A stretch of 63,981 bases of DNA, counting the filler, from Basidiobolus ranarum (Eukaryota): NCBI GenBank assembly GCA_040143965.1. It is 4 parts of 4 records of this genome, joined end to end, with 100 filler letters (N's around TTAATTAATTAA, not from the genome) between each part and the next. Parts side by side here need not be neighbours in the genome. Positions count along the whole stretch, not along the records: positions 16,197 to 32,235 come from JASJQH010000356.1; positions 32,336 to 48,362 come from JASJQH010000357.1; 2 more parts are not named here. One strand, given 5' to 3'. Under the pieces are notes generated by a model. It was not told the origin of the DNA and searched no databases. It saw only the letters and a list, made by a program, of their open reading frames with translations. The stretch's first letter is position 1. Every line of letters starts with the position of its first letter. The translations under genes and the position numbers were made by a program. Positions 24,309 to 35,943 of the stretch are shown piece by piece.

Positions 24309-25877
24309 TTACTGCATAGCCTTGTGTTCCAACAACATCTCGTTCTGAGGAGGAAGGCCAACACAAGCACGGAATACATTTTCCATTGCCATACGCTGCT
24401 TGCTGAGAGCATTGACGACAGGAGTTCCTTTAGGGACAACGGGGGCTTTCAACAAGTAAGAGAGGATGGAGAGGACAGAGTGGAATGGCGCATACTCTTC
24501 CATATCACCTGTCTTGTACTCAATACGAGTCAACAATTCGGTGATAATAGCCAAGTCAATAATCAATGGAGAGGCCAAGAGCGAATCTTCACATGTATTA
24601 TACAATGAAATGGTATTACGACCATTCATGAAGATTTCACTAACATACTCATCCAAAGCACGCTTGGAATCAGAGACGGAAGGTACGTACTTGATGACGA
24701 CAACATGATCAGGATGCTCACCCTTCTTATAGAGGATATGATTAGCGGCAACCATATCATCCACAACGTTGCTCTTGGAGATCTCCTTGGAGCGAAATTG
24801 TTCAGGCGCACTGAGGTTCTTTCCATCATTGTTTCCAAGATGATTATAACTGGTGATAGCTACAGGCTTGATTCCAGCGTTAACCAAGAAATCAACCAAA
24901 ACAGACTTCACTTTAGTTTGGCCAGTTTTAAAGTCATCACCACCGATGTAAACACGATGTTTCTCTGCAAGTTCAATAACACCAGGAACCAAAGTGTTCT
25001 GAGGACTACCATTAATGAAAGGAGCATTTTCCAAGATGGATGCGATGGCAAAAAGAGTGGAAGGAGAAACTTCAGAGTGGCCTTCCTCCACGGATTTCAA
25101 TAGATTTTCCGCGGTATCATTTACACCATCAATAATTTCCGCGAAACGCTCAGTGTTAGCAGTCCATAATACGATAATCTTATCAAGATCGTTGTTAGAT
25201 TTGAAGTCACGGATGTTCTTTCTCAACTCCTCCAACTGTTCTTTCATAGATCCCTTAAGAACATTATCGGCACGGTCCTCTTGATTAGCAGCGATGAAAG
25301 AAGGAAAATAAACTGAAGGTAGAGGTTTCAATTCAGCGAGTTCGTCATAAAGTTGTCTTTGGAGATCAACTTCTAACACTTGGGATCTTTCCATCGCCTC
25401 TGCCATGTTGGCGGAGTTGATATCCCAACCACCAATAACAAAATTATTAGGGTGAGTCATGGGAAGGATATCATTGAAAGGGATGAAAACATCTTTGCCG
25501 GCCTCGTCGATACCAATCTTAAGGGTGGAGGAAAGCACAACAGAACCATAATAGTTGGGTGATTTAACACCCTCTTTAGTACGCCATTGAATATTACGAC
25601 GATTAGCGATGATACTAGCGGTAACAGTAGAACCGTTGTTACCACCCCAACCAACAAGCATTAAACCGACTTTGGGAATACGGTGGTCGGTCTTGAACTT
25701 GTAGTTGGTCTCGATAGGCTGAACAATCATCTCGCCCAATTCATTCTTGGTAACTCTCGTATTTTGGTAAACATAATCGGCCAAAATATGATTGTCAGTG
25801 TACTGAACGTTTGGTGCGTTGACGCGGAAAGCCTTGGTTTCAGGAGTAAGGGCGTAGCTGGGAGTAGCAGGAGGCAT
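24309..25877 (-). CDS. INO1: Myo-inositol-1-phosphate synthase (522 aa, intronless CDS)
   Basis: Signature motifs [33 protein letters not shown]; start MPPATPSY at 25877. Confidence 0.97.
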   Translation of the reverse strand: MPPATPSYALTPETKAFRVNAPNVQYTDNHILADYVYQNTRVTKNELGEMIVQPIETNYKFKTDHRIPKVGLMLVGWGGNNGSTVTASIIANRRNIQWRTKEGVKSPNYYGSVVLSSTLKIGIDEAGKDVFIPFNDILPMTHPNNFVIGGWDINSANMAEAMERSQVLEVDLQRQLYDELAELKPLPSVYFPSFIAANQEDRADNVLKGSMKEQLEELRKNIRDFKSNNDLDKIIVLWTANTERFAEIIDGVNDTAENLLKSVEEGHSEVSPSTLFAIASILENAPFINGSPQNTLVPGVIELAEKHRVYIGGDDFKTGQTKVKSVLVDFLVNAGIKPVAITSYNHLGNNDGKNLSAPEQFRSKEISKSNVVDDMVAANHILYKKGEHPDHVVVIKYVPSVSDSKRALDEYVSEIFMNGRNTISLYNTCEDSLLASPLIIDLAIITELLTRIEYKTGDMEEYAPFHSVLSILSYLLKAPVVPKGTPVVNALSKQRMAMENVFRACVGLPPQNEMLLEHKAMQ

Positions 25878-28389
25878 ATTAGTAACAGGTGAAGAAAAAG
25901 TAGTTTGACTGGAGTCGGCACTAGGGTGATTTTTTTGCTTTTGCGGAAACTCTTTTTCTGCCCCTATAACAATAAAATAGACATTATCTTTAGTACCATT
26001 CGATTGAAAACTAACATAGAAAGCAAGAAAGAAACATACCTGTGCGGATTGTGAAGAGAACTCAGAAGGTTGGCGAACGTGGTTGCTAACACTTACAGCG
26101 AGGTTGCTGTAATTTGAACTAGTGTGGTTGAAGAATGAAAAGATCTGGTAAGCAAGTAAGTACACGCAGAAGCTTATATAGATTTGAGACACAGGTGTAA
26201 TAATGGGGTGAGATCTGTAAAACGTGAAACCCAAGCACAACACAACAGGGTATCTTCTCATGAATTAGTCAGTATTGATAAGAATTCATGGAGAATCCAC
26301 AAAGTGGATAAAATCAGATCGACCAGGTTTCATGACGTGACTACGGTGGATAAATGTTCCGGATAGACTCAACTTTACAATGATAAAATATCATCACACC
26401 TTGGTTGAATTTCGGTTCCTGAAAAGTAAGTCAACTCACCTTCTACCTCAATAAGTGAATTTGTGATATGACTTGATCGAACACAATCAATTTAGTAAAA
26501 ACTGAATGCCATTTAAGAGCCACTTTAGTGTTAAGGGGTTTCCTAGAGGTGTGATCAGGAGATTGAATCTTCCTCACAGACACATGTCTAGTCCAGTAAA
26601 AGAGCAATGTAGGACAAATGATTTCTCGAGTCACTTAAGTAAGTACGAAGAGGCCACGCTAAATTACCATCTCTTGCCATCCAACAGATGTGTGCTGATT
26701 TATTAACCCGAAAGAGGCAGTCAGAAATGGAATGTTCGACAAGTCATCTCGCTTCTACTGGTTGCAAAACGTTTATTGGCACATTAGAGAAGCTATCGGG
26801 AATTAATCCTTTTCCATGGTTAATTACCTCAAAATGATATGGCTGTCGGGATTATTATTGCGGCTATGCTGGAGATTGATAATTGGTTTAAGGCCCAAGG
26901 CGAGGAGTTGCTTTTCACGTGGATTGACTATCTTTTCATTTCTCAAATCTCACCTGATGCTTTCGAGTAGCGATAGTTCATGGACTAGTATACGGGATAT
27001 GCCTGCCTAAAGATAGATTTCAATGCTGGAAATGAGTCAGCACTCGTTGATCTGGATCCAACATAAGCAAGTGAAAATACAACATTCCAAGGTGAGTTGA
27101 CAAAACAAAGTTTAAATGAGCATTGATTTGCTCGCAACTCCCACTGTTTACGCCAACCTATGAATCTGTGACTTTTGTTTACAACACTACGAGAACTGAT
27201 CCACTGATTCAAGTCAACTTGACATGATATATTTCTTATATGTTGATGTATATTTTCGTAGTGGATAGGCATTCCTTGTTTGTAAATCGCAATGATCCTT
27301 TCTTATTGAGATTTCTTGATGACATGTTGTTTACATGCCACTGTTGTTTAGTATTGGGATGGAGACGTAAGGTTGAGAATCCAGGCACATCAGCTTTCAT
27401 TCCCATTTGCCATTTTCAATCAAGCTTTTATTATATTTTGATGAATATCAGTGATATAGACCAGTTGATCCACACTGTGCAAGAGTAGTTCTAGCAAAGA
27501 TCTAAAGACTTTAGGAGATTCAAATGATGATAATTGTTAGCTGTAAAGGGTCAAGCATTTTAGTATGTGGTATACAAAAGCAGATCCCAGTCAAGCGGAG
27601 TTCTACTTCATATAGCATACCTATTTTGTATGTGGTAGAGGATTTGGCAGCTGTGAATCAACAATAGGCTTGAATCAGACTTACCAAACAACTGGTCACA
27701 ACAATACTCTCTTTTGATGCAAGCTACATAGCTCTATATTATAAGATAATCAATGGCAATAATCCCATAATCTTTTGGCTTAGGGCTTTTCACCTGCTGT
27801 AACTGTTGGAACAGTGAAAGTCAAGATTGGATGTTGTAAATCATAGTTCGTGCATTCAGAAACAATGGAATTCTATTTACGCTTGAAGCTACAGAGGTAA
27901 TTAGAGTACCGATAGAGTTGAATCAAATCTGTTTACACCGCTGTACATCTACCATTATTAAAGTCCATTCCAACAAGCTACCACACAAAGATCTCATTAG
28001 AAAGGAGGAGTAGAGTATTTAATATATGGATAATTTAATACTTGGACTAACAATCGAAGTTAAACTTCAGTCTAAATCATTCATACTTTGTCTCTAATCA
28101 TATTCCTCTAGAAAATACGATTGTTTTATGACTTCTAGGTTGTCAAATGGATAGAAATGTGTCTCAAGTGTTCAGTTCATAAGTACCACTTTTCTCTAGA
28201 CAGCCTCAACCAACGATCCAGCTCATGGTAAGGATCAGTATGCTTTTTTTTAGCATACCTAATTTAGTACATGAATCAAAAGTGATTCAATCTGTAATGA
28301 ATAAATAATCGACCAAAATCTTCGTAGCTTCCAAGAGAAAAAATAATAATTGACATAAAACTAAAGCATTTTTCAAGTAAAGTGCAGCA

Positions 28390-30240
28390 ATGAATGTTGC
28401 AGAAGTCAAAGGATTTTCAGAAGCCGAATGGTCGATATTAGATTATTTTGGTACTGAAGTCGTGCGTCTTGCGTTGAAGTTAGAAACAATTTCACTAGCT
28501 AAAGAGCGAGTTTGGGTCATTGAAGAGGCGTGTAAGTATGTACGAGACATTGAGGGTAAATGAGGAACTTTACTTTTTTACTTCACTGAAATCCCCATTA
28601 AAAGTTTCCTTCTTTAGGATTTTTAAACAACAGGGAAATGAATGATCCGTTCACCCTGTCCCACTATATTACTAATTTCTCTCCAAATTCACTTCAAACA
28701 CGAGTTTTCATACGTGTTATACTATCTGGGATTAGTCAAATCATTTTTCAAGAAGAGAAGTATCACGAGGAGACTTACAAAATGTTAGGTTCGATAGCTG
28801 ATATATACATTCCTTGTTTGTTAACCCATCAAAGTATGGATTCCAATGTGCTTCAGTTCATACTTGACTTAAAAACACAGGTTAATATAATTGATTTAAA
28901 TTTCCTATTTCACACTTGAATATCTTGAAGTAACCCGACTCTGATTGAATAGCTTGTAATATTTGGAGCTCGTTGCGGTGAAGATCTGAACCATTTAATC
29001 GACAGTAACTTCAAGACGAAAAAGAGATCGCTTACCAATTTGAATGGAATTAAAATCGAATCTCAATTACGAAAATCTCATAAACGTCTATTGAAATCAC
29101 GTCGTGCTGAAGTAAGGCATTACTATATATATGTAAGACATGCAGTGTCTGATATTTTCAAAGATTTTCTCCGTTAGTAGTGATATGTTAGTGAAGCGAT
29201 ATCCCTGGAGAGAGTTTGTCCATAATGCTCATGAGTTCCTTCATCAAATGTCGCAGCTAATCCCAAATTCCGTGCTGTTTGGTGTACGCTTGATGTTTTG
29301 ATTCATTTTGACTCCTTCTGTATACAGCCCTAAGTACTTTACCTTTTAGAGAAATAACCTTTCAGACCACTCTACCATGGAACTGCCTCCTAAAACGGGG
29401 CGTACTACGCACTTGTACGAGAGTGTAAATGAAGGAAACAAAAGACTACAACTGGGTAGACAATCTAATCCAGTTCTAGCAATCGTCAAAGATGAAGAAG
29501 CGTAAGTGATTTTCATAGTAAGCCTAGTCCATTAAAGATAATTCAGTTGTTAGTGGCGATGGCTTTCAATATCTTCAAGCCCGACAATTAATTTACCCCA
29601 TTCTTTGCATATTATAGAATATCAAACTTTATAAATCAGGATCAGCCACATTTCAATGAACCGATAGGAAGCGATCAACGTTTGACAAAGAAAAGGTAAT
29701 TTCATAGACCATGTAAAGCACCTTGTGGTATGACTGACAGAGTGCTTCTAGGAGACGTGCAAGTGATGAGCACTCTTCGTTGGGCAGCATTGGAGGAAGT
29801 TGCATTGCTTCGTCTAGTGAGGTGAATAGTATGCAAGATCGGCTGTTCTTTCGTGACAGTGTTTTTTCCAATTATAGCCAAGGTAAAAGCTTTTTTTCTA
29901 TTCAAAGCAAACTTTACCAACAATTAGCAATCTAGTTGATGATATATTGGAGTCATCGTTTCCGTATATGGACGAGATACGTTCGCTTTCTCAAACTGTT
30001 TCCCCAAGACGCGGAAAAATGCTATGGCGTGAAGAGGAACTAGATGCATTATCCAAGGGAATGCGAATGTTCGGTACGTCTTGGGCGACGATACTGATTC
30101 ACTTCGGAGAGAATGGCCTAATCAATGATGCGCTTAAGTCAAGAAGCCAAATACAGTTGAAGGACAAGGCTCGGAACGAAAAAAATCGAAGGCAGAAACT
30201 ATGCCTTCCTCTAGATGTGTTTGAGAATGCCTGTGATTAA
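28390..30240 (+). CDS. Telobox Myb-domain protein, Tbf1/TRF-like (multi-exon)
   Basis: C-terminal WREEELDALSKGMRMFGTSWATIL...RSQIQLKDKARNEK telobox Myb. Upstream exons include FILDLKTQ, like the fungal TRF/Tbf1 dimerisation region. Start codon is inferred. Confidence 0.75.
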
Positions 30241-32235
30241 GTTCGTAGTCAATGTACTAGTCTATAGCCATCGTAATAATTGCTCAGCCATAACTTGATG
30301 GCTCTTTTCTCCTGTAATTGATATCTCTATTTTGCTCAACCAAATTGCCTCTTCTATTAATGTAAATATGACGTACATCCCATAAAGATCGATTTATAAA
30401 TCATGCATTCAACAAGCAATTCCAGTCCCATATTGAATGCGTACAAGACATAGTGCAGTTTTCACCTCACAAAGATATGAGTATAGCTTGGATTGAAACC
30501 CTCGATCCAAACTACTGCCTGCCATGACACCAGGGTATTTGTCAAGAACAGGTTGTCATTATTTAACATAGACTGCGAACAATTACTGGTTTTAACAATC
30601 ACACCGCTATTCAACACAAGTTGTCCTGAAATCCCTGACTGCTACCAAATTTACATTATATATATTGCAAATGCCAGTCAGTTTGCAGAACGCTTTTAAC
30701 TGCATAGATATCCACAATATCGATGCCCTACTTGATCGTTTGACACCTTTTATCAAGTTCTCGTCACCTCCCGTTGAGCTCCTCATAATCGCCTGAAACG
30801 TTAGCGAGGGGCTACGTGCAATTGATGAGAGCAAGGATACAGGATAGATTACATTATCAATCACAACAATATATCCATAGCTGGTAAAGTTTTGTGTATT
30901 TACTACTCAAAATTCAATCAAACAGGACTAATGCTGTTGTAATAGACATATTATATCAATAGCTATGTTGTCTTCCGAAAAATACACCCCATGCATGAGT
31001 TCATCACAATTCTAGTCGCAAACCAGTATGCAACTGCTAACTTGTGCCGATCTGCTTGGTGGTATACTCCTTATAGGCCTGGGGCATCGATCACTACACT
31101 TTTGCGTTAAAGTATTGATGCCAAAATATCCAAACAGTTGAGCTACCTCTTACACTTAGGGATACGAATGAATAGACCACACAATACGGTATAGAGTATC
31201 AACCAAATCCGAAGCCATGGCAAACAACATGAACAGATCAGATGTAGCTTATTTCCGAATACTAATAGATGTATCCAAACATATGAGGCATCAGAAATAG
31301 CTGGCATTGGTATCTTTCAAGTCGAGCTCCAGCATCGCCTTTAAACAAAGGGCATCAATTCTTGAGTGGCCATTGCATATAGCGCTTGTTATGTATTTCT
31401 ATTAATCGAGCTCAATAGAGATCCGCTATCTTCTTTACTGGGATGCACAATCCTAATAACGATAGTACTCTATGTACTCTACTAGTAACCTTGCTCCAGC
31501 AAGAAGGACTTTTAGTCAGCCTGCTCTTTGAAGTCCGACTCATACGAACACTACTTACATTCTAATACTTATCACATTCCTACAAATTGGCGCAGTTATG
31601 AACAAGTCTAGAGGTTTCCACTTGATCCAGATGGATATACTTTTACATTATTAGATGATACTGATCGACAAAAAGTCAGTCAAAAGAAGGACTCTATTAA
31701 CATTTGAAGCCAAATGTGCACACATTCATCATGAAAAAAATGCGAAGCCAGCTTAGCCATACATCGTTTGATCAGTTCTATGCTCTTGGCTAAATTAAAA
31801 ATCCCCTTCTGAAATATAATCGGTATGTTCAGATCTACTCTTTCAAGCTACAACACAATGCCCAAGTGAATTATGAATATACGCTGCTTGGATTTGGTAC
31901 CGTTGAGCCCAATAAATAAACTCTGGACTGGTATCACCTTTTTTCATTTAATCTATGCAAGTCTAGTCAACTAAATTCAACACATCAAATCGATTGCTAT
32001 TGGAGGAAATCCAAACTGATCCGTTGGGTGGGACCCGCATCGCCTGTTAGTAGATTGCTAAGTAAAAGCAGCAGGTGGTGATCCGATTTATCAGGCGACT
32101 TCAATTTTATGATTGAATAGAGATTTGCCATCCGTTCACCCCAATTTTATAAAATTAATAGTATTTCCTGTTTACATAAATTGGTGTAACTTGTATAAGC
32201 ACCGTAAAGGCAAGCCCGGAATTGGCAACTTTGTT

Positions 32236-32335
32236 NNNNNNNNNNNNNNNNNNNNNNNNNNNNNNNNNNNNNNNNNNNNTTAATTAATTAANNNNNNNNN
32301 NNNNNNNNNNNNNNNNNNNNNNNNNNNNNNNNNNN
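32236..32335. other. Artificial contig linker
   Basis: N-run + TTAATTAATTAA. Confidence 0.95.
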
Positions 32336-32501
32336 TAAACCTACCCCAGTTGCATGCAAAGATGGTGCTTACCAATGCGCTGATTCTGGTAAATCCAACA
32401 AGTTCACCATCTGCTCTAATGGTAAATTAGTTCATCAAGCCTGTGCACCAGGTACTGTATGCAGAACTTTTGGCCAATCGATCATCTGTGATTGGGCATA
32501 A
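32336..32501 (+). CDS. 3' end of a third CBM19-like secreted mucin paralogue (5'-partial at contig edge)
   Basis: Encodes KPTPVACKDGAYQCADSGKSNKFTICSNGKLVHQACAPGTVCRTFGQSIICDWA*, identical to the C-terminus of the 35944 gene. Confidence 0.85.
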
Positions 32502-34057
32502 ATTCTCTAGATTTCAAATACTGTATCATTGTACAGCAGGTATATTTGATTGTGAATGTTGTTTCAATATGATTTCGTGTGTATTTAAGTTTTCAGTTAT
32601 CTTGAGAGTAGTAAATAAATGAATGAATGGTTTTTTTCACACCGATACTTTGCGAATGAGCGAATACTTAGTAACGATGTTAATAGGCTATAATATCTCT
32701 GCTATTGAATTCTCTTATCAATCTTCTCACACTGGCTATCGTTAAAAGAAAACAAGTACATAGGAAAAAGGAATATACTGATTAGATGTGATTTACAAAT
32801 TGCAAACCAATACTAAGAATCATGATGGCACACAACCTTTTACAGAATTCGATACGATGCTCATCTTTCTTTTTTGGTTGATAGGGAAGCTAATCATTAT
32901 TAGCCTAATTGAATCTCGACATGCTTGCGCAACTGTAAGCCACATGTGTTGTACAAGGAAACTAATCCCATGAATATTTTATAGCATTGATATTGGTATG
33001 AAGAAATTTCCTAAACCAACATTACTATATTCGGATTTTCGAAAATATTAATCCATTTAGAAATCTGATATTTCATAATTGATAGCGTGAATTCCTGGAA
33101 ATCAATGAAAAGCGAATCAACATGTGATTTCTGTATGCCAAATAACTAAGTGAGAGACATTATTGAATTTTGGTCTGACCGAAAGTTTACACTATACTGT
33201 GATCATTGACTCGTGATTCAAAAATTCAGTACTAGAATTCGACTAAGTCTTCGGGACTAAATTCAACGCCCTAGACAAAGTATCTAGGACATTGATGGCA
33301 TTACATATGAATCCGATCACTCTGAAACATGAACCATACTATGATATAATGAATACTCACTCTTTGGCAAGGAAAAAACCCATGATCATTTGTTGAACAC
33401 GCCACAGAATTTATTCTAAGCCATAAATGTATATATTGCTGCAAATCAGCGCTTAATGGCATGTGCAATTCTCGAACTTGTATATTCAGTAAATCTGATG
33501 GAAGCCTCTTTGAATAGATCATAATATCCAATGACTGACAGCAAAGCTGACCTTGTATAGGCTAGTAAGTGAGAAGAGTAGCTCTTTTCATGGACTCCAG
33601 CTAATGAAAATTTATACTGATCACCTTAAAGTATTGTAACATATTCCGCAATATCCTACTTACTAGTGAGCAAACTATACATCAAACTTTTATGTGATGA
33701 TAGTAACCGGACCTTATTATCACTTCTGAGTTTCACAGCTCTGCGCTTACTGTCACCTCAGTTTTCCTCACCGTCGATTCCCTACCTTTTTTGCCTTCAC
33801 TATCTCAATTCTTAGACTTTATACCACCCTAGCCCCTTCCTCTTTTCTACTTGGCTTATATATTTACTTGTGGTTACAAACACATTGATTCAGAACATCC
33901 TTAGAAATCAAAGGCCTCACAATAAGCTGTATATAAATATCTCTGTGTTTGCACCGAATACGAAATAGCTAGGGATCTATGTCTCACTGATGGTAACTGC
34001 GCATAAATTGGAATTCCTTCTTCACCATCTTTAGATTTGATTATAAAAGGTAGTTGT

Positions 34058-34506
34058 TGTTAAAGTATTTTGGGAGTTTGTTGGAAGTGGTTTGGAGAAC
34101 TAGAATAATTGATGCTTTCACATATTGATTTATTGAGCAGAAAGTTGACATTTATAGTTTTGTCACGATGTAAACAATGTTCAAGTATTTGGGAGCCTGT
34201 TGGAAGTGGATTGGATAGTTAGAGAAATTGGTGGTTTTCACTTATTGCTTTATTAAGTTGAAAGTTGACATTTAGAGTTTTGTCAAGATGTAAGCATGCT
34301 AATGTGTAGAATTGGCTAAAGAAGGCCCCAGGAACATGTGTGCAAAGTTTGGGGCTTCTAGCACAAGTTATCAAAATCTGTATATCTGAGAACTTCTAAG
34401 TAAATTCCTCATGAGAATAATGGGTAATATCTTAGTTCAATATAAGATAACTAAACACTAAGCTATATATGACTATATTGGTGTTTAGGCTATGCTAATT
34501 TCAACA
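34058..34506 (+). mobile_element. Solo-LTR-like repeat copy with tandem duplication of its first ~120 bp
   Basis: TGTTAAAG... start, second start TGTTCAAG at 34178, end ...TTTCAACA; flanks GTTGT/GTTGC (near 5-bp TSD). Confidence 0.7.
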
Positions 34507-35190
34507 GTTGCTCTCTAAGAATTATATATACATGCCTCAGCATCAATCCCTTCATCATAAAAATGTTTAAGTTTATCAAACATGCAGATTCAGTTTACAA
34601 AGTATGCATCTGAATGATACAATCATGATACCTAAATTTGCAATTTTTTTGGAAATTGATTTTTGTGATGGACTATTATTTTTCCCAGGGATCTTTATTC
34701 AGGATGTGATTAAACTTGATGGATATGAGAGGGAAAAAGATAAAGAGGCCGATGATTCTTGGTGTATACAGCTCTTGTAACAAGGTGCCTAATTCGTATG
34801 ACTCACAGGAGTAATTTCAAACATGAGCGCTTTGAGCATTTATCTCACATGTGATGTCTCTCTGAACTATTATTCACCACTCCGAGATTTCTGTGCGGCA
34901 ATGAAAGAGCACTCCCCCTCCCCCCCCCCAAAAAAAAAGTGAAACATATGAATGAGCTATATCCAACCAAGTGATTCGTTATATTCTATAAGCAAATATC
35001 TTGAAAGCAGCGTTAGCAAATCGGTTTGATCAGCCCGGATGTAGAATTATCTGTGAAGATTGAATGAAATTGCTTTTGTCCATAGATTAGTCTAGTTTAC
35101 TCAAAATCAACGAGTTAGTAAGCAGGGACGACCATAAGTTACTGATTGCCAGGATCTCTGACTTGAGCTGCATATCATGATATGATTGTG

Positions 35191-35895
35191 ACTTCTTGGA
35201 AACTGAGAAATCCAATACTATCAGGAAACCAGGGTGATTAAGTGTCTATGAATTAGATTCCACTAGGATCTTACCATAACACTTCAGCCATAAATGTCCT
35301 AAAAGGATATTATAGGCGCAGGAAGGCGTCTAAACATCTGGTTTTTACTACCCCTCGGGAATGTTCCGATTTCGACTTGATTAGAATTCCGAGAAAGAGG
35401 TTGGCATCGGTGAAGAGATTCTAAATAGTAGTAGATAATAGTTTACCTCGACCATACTGCTAATGTACAGAAACATGCTAAACTCTAAATACACCTCGCT
35501 GAAATTGTTGGCTACGAAGCTTCCGATTAAATCGTTAACTGGGTTTAACTGCTTCTCAGCTATAGATGAATGACTTTTTGGATAGTATCTGCTAATCGAG
35601 GATGAGTGACTATTATGGTTATCAAGCTGTCGGGAACTTTTGGTACTTACGGATTAGCTAATCTGTTCATCAACATCTGCTCTATACGAATTCCAAAATT
35701 AGAAAACTACTCGATTCAATATATTTCACATTTAAAGATGAAAATGAATGCAATATTATTTGCTTAGTGAGTAAGCATTCACTAATTTATCATTCCAGAA
35801 TTTTCGTAGAGCAATCAGTTACTTACTAAATATAGGGGGATTACAGTTCCTGAATAATATCCAATGTATCATTGATTTTGAAATTATATAAATAT
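35191..35895 (+). promoter_or_regulatory. Upstream region shared with the paralogue at 40810-41580; TATATAAA at 35885
   Basis: Collinear conserved blocks, e.g. TTTGGTACTTAC(G/A)GATTAG(C/T)TAATCTGTTCATCAACA and TTTTGAAATTATATAAATATT. Confidence 0.6.
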
Positions 35896-35943
35896 TTCAT
35901 CGAGTCCTGATGAAACCCATTAGCAAATTTTTCTTCGTAAACA

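Noticed and set aside
13811-25877. Lipid-metabolism gene cluster (two thioesterases, INO1, plus CTL and CPT1 elsewhere)
   Set aside because: The genes lie on different contigs joined artificially, so most of the apparent co-location is not meaningful.
25878-26261. 128-aa N-terminal extension of Ino1 in the ORF track
   Set aside because: No resemblance to MIPS, and it contains a likely intron; ATG 25877 gives a normal-length enzyme.
26900-28250. Possible degenerate transposase or pseudogene (also 22900-23750 and 30300-32235)
   Set aside because: Only short broken ORFs; no diagnostic motif or termini could be identified by eye.
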